Origin: Octopus bimaculoides
Lineage: Eukaryota
Direction: 5' to 3'
Length of the DNA stretch: 58,435 nucleotides
Assembly: GCF_001194135.2 (NCBI RefSeq)
Contig: NC_068999.1
Location: forward strand, 34,102,495-34,160,929
The position numbers and the translations under genes are program-made. The notes under the pieces are model-generated. The model had not been told where the DNA came from, ran no database searches, and saw nothing but the letters and a program-made list of their open reading frames with translations. Shown piece by piece: positions 50,650-58,435 of this stretch; the first letter of the stretch is position 1, and every line of letters begins with the position of its first letter.

Positions 50650-50848
50650 CAGAATTGCAATTAGAATAGCAGAAATACTGGGTAAATTACCCTTACAAAG
50701 CGGAAAAATTTGTCAACAAACAACGATGGAAGTCGAACCCACTACCGTTAAGCTTGTAGGTTCGAGCACCATGGCTGTTTGTTGACAAATTTTTCTGCTT
50801 TGTAAGGGTAATTTACCCAGTATTTCTGCTATTCTAATTGCAATTCTG
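50650..50848. repeat. 199-bp near-perfect palindrome (foldback)
   Basis: The outer about 73 bp of the arms differ at one position. Inner TCGAACC/GGTTCGA pairing is also present. Confidence 0.92.
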
Positions 50849-50872
50849 TGGCGGTGGTGGTAGTAGTAGTAA

Positions 50873-50907
<35 letters not shown>

Positions 50908-50917
50908 ATAATAATAA

Positions 50918-51114
50918 TCCTTTCTACTAAAGGTACAAGGCCTGAAATTTGGGGGGAGGGGACTAGTCGATTACATCGACGACTCCAGTGTTTCACTGAT
51001 ACTTAATTTATCGACCTCGAAAGGATGAAAGGCAAAGTCGACCTCGGCGGAATTTGAACTCAGAAAGTAGCGACGGCTGAAATACCGCTAAGCATTTCGT
51101 CCAGCGTGCTAAAG

Positions 51115-51115
<1 letters not shown>
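50918..51115 (-). mobile_element. SINE family B
   Basis: CCTTTCTACTAAAGGTACAAGGCCTGAAATTTGG...GAAAGGCAAAGTCGACCTCGGCGGAATTTGAACTCAG. Confidence 0.9.
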
Positions 51116-51162
<47 letters not shown>

Positions 51163-51163
<1 letters not shown>

Positions 51164-51562
51164 CCAACTTAAGGCAAACGTACACAGGCTCTACATAAAG
51201 AGGTGTAAAAGTGGATGTGGGCTGATTAGCGTACGGGAGTGCACCAAAAGTGAAAGAATAAACATGGCAGAATATTTGGTAAATAGTAAACAAGACCGGT
51301 TACAGTATGTTTCTAGTGCAGAAGATTTACCAAAAATGGACTTGAGAGTGCTAATGAATTCCGATCACGAATAGCCAACAAAAGAAAAAACTCTACTCCA
51401 CATGGAGTTATATGGTCAGTTCCACCGTGAAACTAACAACTTAAAAGATCAGGAAACATCATCAAGGTGGCACAGCAAGGGTGACCTAAAAAAAAGACTG
51501 AAACCCTACTCATCGCTGCCCAGGATCAGGCAATGAGACATAAAGAAAGTACAGATTGACTA
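51163..51562 (+). mobile_element. Post-RT fragment of an RLE (R4/Dong-type) LINE
   Basis: ANVHRLYIKRCKSGCGLISV...LYGQFHR...SKGDLKK/TETLLIAAQDQA. It starts immediately after a (TAA)n tract. Confidence 0.8.
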
Positions 51563-51579
51563 ACACAGGTGGAAAGACA

Positions 51580-53395
51580 ACTTGACGAAAGGATGTTAGA
51601 ATTGATCTATATACAGTGAAACAAGTTAAAAAAGAATTCCAAATTAGAAAGGACCTGGCCCGGTTAGAGTAGAAGGCTACTGGGTGAAGAATTTTACACA
51701 GTTGCATAAAAGGATCGCTGCACAACTGGATAAATGCCTGCAGCATGGTCACGTCCCTACAAGGATGTCAAGTGGACGAATGCTGTTATGTCTCAAGGAT
51801 CCCTTGAAAGGTAACTTGGCATCACATTTTCAACCTATAGCCTGTTTACCACATATGTAGAAGCTTATGACCTGTGTCTTGGCGGAAAAGCTATATAATC
51901 ATATAAAAAGCAACAACCTACTTACAGAAGAACAGAAAGGATGCAGGAAACAATGTAGGGCAACAAAAGACCACTTATTAGTTGATAAAACGATAATTAG
52001 AAATTGTGGACGAAGATTGACGGGACTGAATGTAGCATGGCTAGATTACGAAAAAGCATATGACATGGTACTACACATTTGGATAAATAAAACAATGAGT
52101 GTGTTTGAAGTGGCAGAAAATATCGAGAAAATGGTTAATGAAAGTATGAAACATTGAAATACTGAATTGATTGGAGGAAAACAAAGACTTGGAAAAGTTA
52201 ACATCAGAAGTGGAATATTTCAAACGATGTCTTATCTCCATTACCATTTATATTGACCATGATACCCACTCAATTTGATATTGCGGAAAGTTAAAATACC
52301 TTACAATTTGGGAAAGGATGATATAAAGATTTATGCGAAAAATGAGAAACAGTTTGAAAGACTTATACATATTTTTCGCATTTTCTCAACTGATGTTAGG
52401 TATGGAATTTGGGATCTAAAAATGTGCATTGTTGAAAATAAAACGAGGAAGATGTGAAGGGAGCCAGGTGATTGAAAGGCCAAACGGGCAAACGATGAAA
52501 GCGGTTGCGAAAGGACAGTAGAATAAGTATTAGGGGATACTGGAAGCAGATGAAATAAAGCATGAAGAAATGAAACAAATTACCAGTAGAGAGTATACAA
52601 GTAGAGTGAGAATATTATTACAGTCAAAGCTGAATTCAGAAAAGGTTATTGAAGCAAGAATAGTATCTGTCATCAGATACGGAACTGGAATTGTAGACTG
52701 GACCAAAAGCAACCTATAGAAACTTGACAGAAAAATTAAAAAGCTGTTGACAATGTATGGTGCCTACCATCCGAAAGCTGATATCAACCGACTGTACTTG
52801 ATGAGAGACCTGCGGAAGAGGGTCTACAGACAGAAAGAAAACGCCTACTAGAATATTTACAGAACAGCACAGAGAAACTGCTAAAAACAGTGAATAAGGA
52901 ACAGGTGATCAAGTATGGAATAGAAGAAGAGGACAAGAACGAAATACAAAGAGAGCACGTTTGACAGATTGAAGAGAAACCTCTGCATGGTTAATTTTGG
53001 AAAGCCACTGAAAATATATGTGGAACAAAATCCTGGGCTTGGTTTTAAAAAATTGGCAATTAAAAAAAGAAACAGAGAGCCTAATTGTAGCAGCCTAGGT
53101 TTAAGCGATAAAAGAATTGCAAGAATTTGGAATATGAAAACTGTAAAGGTTGTGCCTATAATAATTGATGCATTGGGAACTATAAGCAAAGATATAGACA
53201 AGTGGTTGAAGGAGATTGGAATAGAATGTCCTGTAGAGTTTCTACAGGAAGTTTGCCTCTTGGGGACAGGAAAAATTATCAGGACGGTTATAAGCTTTTG
53301 AAAGACTATTGAAAGCTAGTGGATATCTAAGGTTACTCGCTACCCACGTAAATTCTACCAGAGATAAGACCGAGCCTGAGTCAAATCAACAACAA
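51580..53395 (+). mobile_element. Decayed RLE (R4/Dong-type) non-LTR retrotransposon: RT, thumb and endonuclease tail
   Basis: KGPGP..EGYWVK; QPIACLP; EEQKGCR; LNVAWLDYEKAYDMV; GIFQ/DVLSPL; DDIKIYAK; HPKADINRLY; ...PIIIDALGTI...EVCLLGTGKIIR. Multiple stops and deletions; ends in a (CAA)/(TAA) tail. Confidence 0.9.
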
Positions 53396-53402
53396 CAACA
53401 AT

Positions 53403-53560
53403 AATCTTTCAAATTTTGGCACCATCCCAAAAATTTTAGGTGGAGAGGGTTAATCAATTATATCGATCATGTTTTCGCACTGGTACTTTATTTCATCGAT
53501 CCCGAAGGTTGAAAGGCGAAGTTGACTTCGCTGAGATATGACTTCAGAATGTAAAGAGCC
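53403..53560 (-). mobile_element. Degenerate SINE family B
   Basis: CTGGTACTTTATTTCATCGATCCCGAAGGTTGAAAGGCGAAGTTGAC. Confidence 0.75.
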
Positions 53561-53939
53561 GGACTTATTTTCTTTTAATTTAGTACAAACATAAACAAAC
53601 CAAACTAGTGGAAGACCAAATTTTGTATGTTCGTATTAAGAAACGAAACACTGAAAGCAAAGGGGGATAAGCAGGATCAACGGTTTATCAACATTCAGCT
53701 TTTCAATAGTTTGGCATGTTTAAGTTTGTTTAAATACATATAAAGAATGAGGAAAACAAAACATTTAAATAATGAGAAAATTTAAAGAACGAAGTATAGG
53801 ATAAATAAACTATTTAAGTTTTCTCTTATGTCTTCGATATCCTATCATTGCAATATACGTTTATTAGCTATTATATCAAAGTGCTAACAACAGATTTCTT
53901 GGAGGAGGGATGGTGAAAGAGTGCTTGTAAAAGAGAGAG

Positions 53940-53941
53940 TG

Positions 53942-53982
<41 letters not shown>

Positions 53983-54020
53983 CATACATACATACATACA
54001 TACGTACATACATACATGCA
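53940..54020. repeat. (GATA)n then (TACA)n
   Basis: Directly visible. Confidence 0.95.
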
Positions 54021-54094
54021 TCCATAGAGACAGGTAGAGAAAGACAAAGCGAGAGGGGGAGATTTAAATGAATACTACCTGCACGTGCTCACGT

Positions 54095-54132
<38 letters not shown>

Positions 54133-54275
54133 ACACGAACACGCGCGCGCGCGCTAATTAGTATCTACACACACACGACACAAGGTTTGTCTCAATTTGT
54201 CTACCCTGAACATTTAACCGTTAAAACTGCTTAAACAATCAATTAGCAAGTATTTGAAGTAATGACATTTGTGAT

Positions 54276-54316
<41 letters not shown>

Positions 54317-54731
54317 TTATTAATATTTCTAAGTCTCTCTAAAGGAGACTACGACAGCGGTACTGGAAATTAATAGTTATCGCCAAGCCAACATGGCAGT
54401 CCCAAAATTAGGACGAAAGCTGCCGTGAATTAGCTCCAAGAAGCCATCGCCTCTAGCTAGCCATGTGACACACGAAACCTGTGATATACATAATATATAT
54501 NNNNNNNNNNNNNNNNNNNNNNNNNNNNNNNNNNNNNNNATATATATATATATATATATATACATAATACACACACACACACACACACATGCATTTATGT
54601 ATGAATTACAATCACGCACACCTCCATTATATCTACGCGAGAGCATGTGTTTGTTTGTATCTGAACCTAAGTATGTTTATATATATTCAGAGGACTTCTA
54701 TTATTATTATGCCAATAAAGAAACGATTGTG

Positions 54732-54794
<63 letters not shown>

Positions 54795-54812
54795 GTTGTT
54801 GTTGTTATTATT

Positions 54813-55115
54813 ATGGCGGCGAGCTGGCAGAGCAGTAAGCGTGCCAGGCGAAATGTTTAGCGGCTTTTCAAATTTCAGGCCCTGTGCCTTTAATAGAAAG
54901 GATTATTATTGCTATTATTAGAATCGTTAGCACACCGGTCGAAATGCTTAGCGGTATGTCGTCTGCCGCTAAGTTCAGAGTTTAAATCCCGCCGAGGTGG
55001 ACTTTGCCTCTCATCCTTTCGGGGTCGATAAACTAAGTACTAGTTACGCACCGGGGTCGATGTAATCGACTATACCCCTCCTCCAAATTTCAGGCTTGTG
55101 CCTTTAGTAGAAAGG

Positions 55116-55125
<10 letters not shown>
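54813..55125 (+). mobile_element. Two tandem SINE family B copies: one head-to-tail deletion derivative, one nearly complete
   Basis: 54813-54905 joins the head to the AAATTTCAGGCC..AGAAAGGATT tail. 54918-55125 retains the central block. Both end in (ATT)n. Confidence 0.9.
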
Positions 55126-55157
<32 letters not shown>

Positions 55158-55235
55158 TTCTCCAATCCCTACTCCAGCGCCATATTTGTTCGTTATATTT
55201 CATTTCCCCACCTTGCGTTACGCACAAAAATACAT

Positions 55236-55273
<38 letters not shown>

Positions 55274-55831
55274 GCTGCTACTCAATCACGCATATTTACC
55301 TCACACCTACCCTCGCTTTTCTTTTTCTCACACAGATCCAGTAAATATGAGGGGTCGGGTGCTGTCCGCCAGCTACGCAGCTTTATAAATAATGTCTATA
55401 TGTAAGAAGAGAAGAAACTTACGTTATCTTAAATTACATTATAAACTCATGACTGAAATTAAACGATATATATGTGTGTGTGTTTGTGTGTGCATGCGTA
55501 GGAGTACGATGTACACATACATGTATACGTATATTTGGTATTGTGCTTTAACATCCATCATGAAATTCGTTGCATCTCTGATTGATGAATATTCTGCACT
55601 TAATTGTAATTGTTATACTTGCTGTTGATATTCATGCTGATGTAGCTGTTGTTGTTGTAGTTTATAAAGTAGCTGTCACGTCTGTCTGTTCCCTAGTCCA
55701 GCGATCAATCTCTCGCAATCGTTTTGTTTAAAGACGAAATTGATACGACTCGCCGTGTTATATACATCGCTTTTATTTCTTTCCCACCATTTAAATCAAG
55801 AAAGCAAGCACGTCTCAGGACAAATGTCAGC

Positions 55832-55867
<36 letters not shown>

Positions 55868-56067
55868 TATAACGCGCACACACAAACACTGAGTAATGCA
55901 CACATATACATACACATTCGTATAATAGATGTGTGCTTCTCGTTTTTAAAATCACAGTTTACCGGTATAGGTGTAAGGAGATTACATGAAAGTGAATAAA
56001 AAGTGAGAGCTTAGTACTAATGGAGTCCAGTATTTATTAGTTGACACCGCTGTGTAATTCGTATATA

Positions 56068-56308
56068 CAGGGTGGTCGCTAAAAAATCGGAAAATTCGTG
56101 AAATGCCAATTTATATTTTCACAAGATCTACTTGAGGTAAACAATAAGCGTCACAAAGCATGATGTCATATTAACACTCACAAATGTTCAAACTGTTCGA
56201 TAACAGAAGCAACGAATCAGAAACCACCAGTCACATAGTTTATTGATAATTTAATTAATGCTTGTTAGTTTTGCCTTCAAATTTTCCACTTTTCTAGTGA
56301 CCATCCTG
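56068..56308. mobile_element. 241-bp Tc1/mariner-type MITE
   Basis: TIR CAGGGTGGTCGCTAAAAAATCGGAAAATT vs reverse complement CAGGATGGTCACTAGAAAAGTGGAAAAT; TA on both flanks. Confidence 0.88.
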
Positions 56309-56869
56309 TATATGATCAGAGAAGCTGAAGTATATATTTAAGGAGAGCGTCAATGTACTGAATGGAAATGTAATAAGTGACAGACCGCATATTACTACTC
56401 TTCTCGGGAAACCTATCTAGCTTCGTTTCGCAATCAGTAGTGCAGATAAGTCGCCATATAAAGCAATCATGATTTAAGCTTACATCGTAATGGATAGCTT
56501 AATTTGCATATTTGTGCCTTCGTTAGCTAAACAATATCTATGTAAGCACAACACAAGCGTAAATCGGAACTAATATAAAATTAAATAATATAAAGCCTAA
56601 CTATGGGTTGAATAAAGCTGTAAATAGATTCTTTCTTTACTATTAACATGCAGGGAGAAAAAAGGGAATGGCTCTCCGGACGGGCCGTTTCACAATCAGT
56701 GTTATTGGTTGAGAAATGAACCCAGGTATATCTTAATTGAGATGCGTGTGTGTATGTGCTCAATATGTGACATAATATTCATACAAAGTTGAGATTCGAA
56801 TAATAGCCACGTTAAACTCCTACAGACGTATAATGCTATCAATGGTGCATCAGTGCAGATTCGGGCTAT

Positions 56870-57015
56870 AAGGCGGTGAGCTGGCAGAATCATTAGCATG
56901 CTGGTCAAAATGCTTAGCAGCATTTCGTTCGTCTTTACGTTCTGAGTTCAAATTCGACTTTGCCTTTCATCCCCTTCATGGTCGATAAAATAAGTACCTA
57001 TTGAGCACTGGCGGT
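56870..57015 (+). mobile_element. SINE family B
   Basis: GGCGGTGAGCTGGCAGAATCATTAGCATG...GACTTTGCCTTTCATCC..GATAAAATAAGTACC. Confidence 0.9.
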
Positions 57016-57420
57016 CAAATATTCTTGATAGGCTTTCTTATGAGATTATTCTATGAATCCGCCCTCAGTTTCGAGTAATGCTTCAATGCGGGTCTGGAAT
57101 CATTGACATGCCTGTATTAAATGGTACATTATTTTTCGCTGCTTTCGCGGATTCCTATGATTCTCTATCGCCAACCAATTCCATTATTACGAATTTAAAT
57201 TGGGAGCTTGAGTCATAGTGAATCTTTCATCATCTGATTACACAAACAGGGATGCCACCCCTACGGATACGTTGCAGTTACTTTCTTGATAGAGCTCGGT
57301 GATCCTGAGTATCGATCTTCTAAGATTCCTCCGCAAAGCATTAATGTAAGATGCACCGTTGGTCCAGTTGAGCTCTTCCGTTACCTCTTCACAATCCGCT
57401 ATATTGCAGTTCTGTGACAT

Positions 57421-58435
57421 CGCCGTATCCCTGGCAGGGTAGCTGAACTCATCTCCAAATATTTCGACCTCATTCTTTCCTTTTCAGTTGCCGCTTTCCT
57501 CTCTCATATCCATGACACTAACCACGCCCTTCACCTCTTCAATTCTGTCTCCTTCCCTCCCAGCCCTTCTCGTCTTCTTTTCACCATAGAATAAAATCCC
57601 TCTACACTGTGATACCCCACAACGATGGCTACCTAGCTTTGCAGTACTTCCTCGACCGTCGCTCCGACCCCACACCCAGCACCTCCCCCTTCTCCGCCTA
57701 GCAGAACTCACCCTCAATGGCTTTACGTTCGTAGGAGAGGTTGACGAGAGATTTATCTCTGGTGTCGCTATTGGAACGAGAATAGGCCCCAAATTTGCCA
57801 ACTTACTTGTTGGCTACGTTAAGGCCCAAATCTTCTCACAGTTCTCCAGACTGACCCCAGAGCTAAACGGTCTCTATATAGACGACTGCATAGGTGCTAC
57901 CTTCCTCTCCCGCGAACAGCTCTCCTATTTCATCTCTTTCGTCTCTAACTTCCTCCCTTCTCTCTAATTCACCTATACCATCTCTAATACTTCCATATAT
58001 TTCCTCGATATCTCTCTTTCCATTGATCTCCTCACCCATTCTCTCACGACCTCCACCTTCTTTCAATCCACAGACTCCCACCTCTACTTCATTTTTCCTC
58101 CTCCCATCCCTTCCGCACAAAACCGACCATCCACAACACCCAGTTCCCCGCCTCCGACGCCTGTGCAACTGGGACCAGGATTTCGGGACTTAGTCCCATA
58201 CCTGACTCTCTTCTTCATGCGTCGCGGATACCCTTTCACCCTTATCCAAACTGCCCTTACCTGCGCTGGTCAAATCGATCGCACTACTGCCCTCTCTCCT
58301 TCCCTACACCGATCCCCAACCGCATCCCCCGTCCCCTGTTTTTCTATCCTTCACCCGACCCCTTCGTCGGAAGACACTGCGAGCCTTTCGTCGCCTCCAG
58401 CTAGTTCCTACCACCCTCCCTATTTTTCCCAACCC
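57421..58435 (+). mobile_element. Penelope-like (Neptune-type) reverse transcriptase, pseudogenised, running off the window
   Basis: PGR..AELISKYFDLIL; SLYTVIPHNDG; LRLAELTLNGF; GVAIGTRIGPKFANL; YIDDCIG; YFLDISL; HP...QFPRLRRLCN; RRGYP. These are the PLE RT motifs, with stops and frameshifts. Confidence 0.92.

Noticed and set aside
353-55388. Long ORFs in the track made of X, YI, HT, CV, poly-L/N/T/G/P runs
   Set aside because: They are translations of N-gaps and microsatellites, with no domain content.
57040-57420. Possible Tc1/mariner C-terminus on the - strand (..ACQ*FQTRIEALLETEGGFIE*)
   Set aside because: Only the last about 20 residues resemble the family. The upstream motifs (QQD, SPDLNP) could not be recovered.

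Overview
Repeat-saturated animal genomic DNA from a fragmented assembly (about 17 N-gaps, roughly 7 kb in total). The microsatellite load and SINE set resemble an octopod cephalopod genome; this is an inference from sequence style only. No host protein-coding gene could be supported, and nearly all entries in the ORF track are microsatellite or N-gap artefacts. The recognisable content is decayed mobile DNA. It includes many tRNA-derived SINEs, four Penelope-like element (PLE) remnants (RT and/or GIY-YIG), restriction-like-endonuclease (R4/Dong-type) LINE pieces, RTE and CR1-group LINE tails, an internally deleted Chapaev3-like DNA transposon, a Tc1/mariner fragment, and hAT, Tc1 and piggyBac-type MITEs. 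The strongest unexplained signal is a set of 7-8 small type I hammerhead-ribozyme motifs from about six sequence families in non-coding units, mostly between 36.8 and 45.0 kb. These include a 411-nt tandem retrozyme-like dimer, a 351-nt unit with identical terminal direct repeats, and an element joining a tRNA-like Pol III head to an intact hammerhead. In two unrelated families an inverted flanking copy begins at, or within 1 nt of, the predicted self-cleavage site. Two foldback elements carry outward-facing tRNA-like B-boxes. All structures were read by eye and none was computed.
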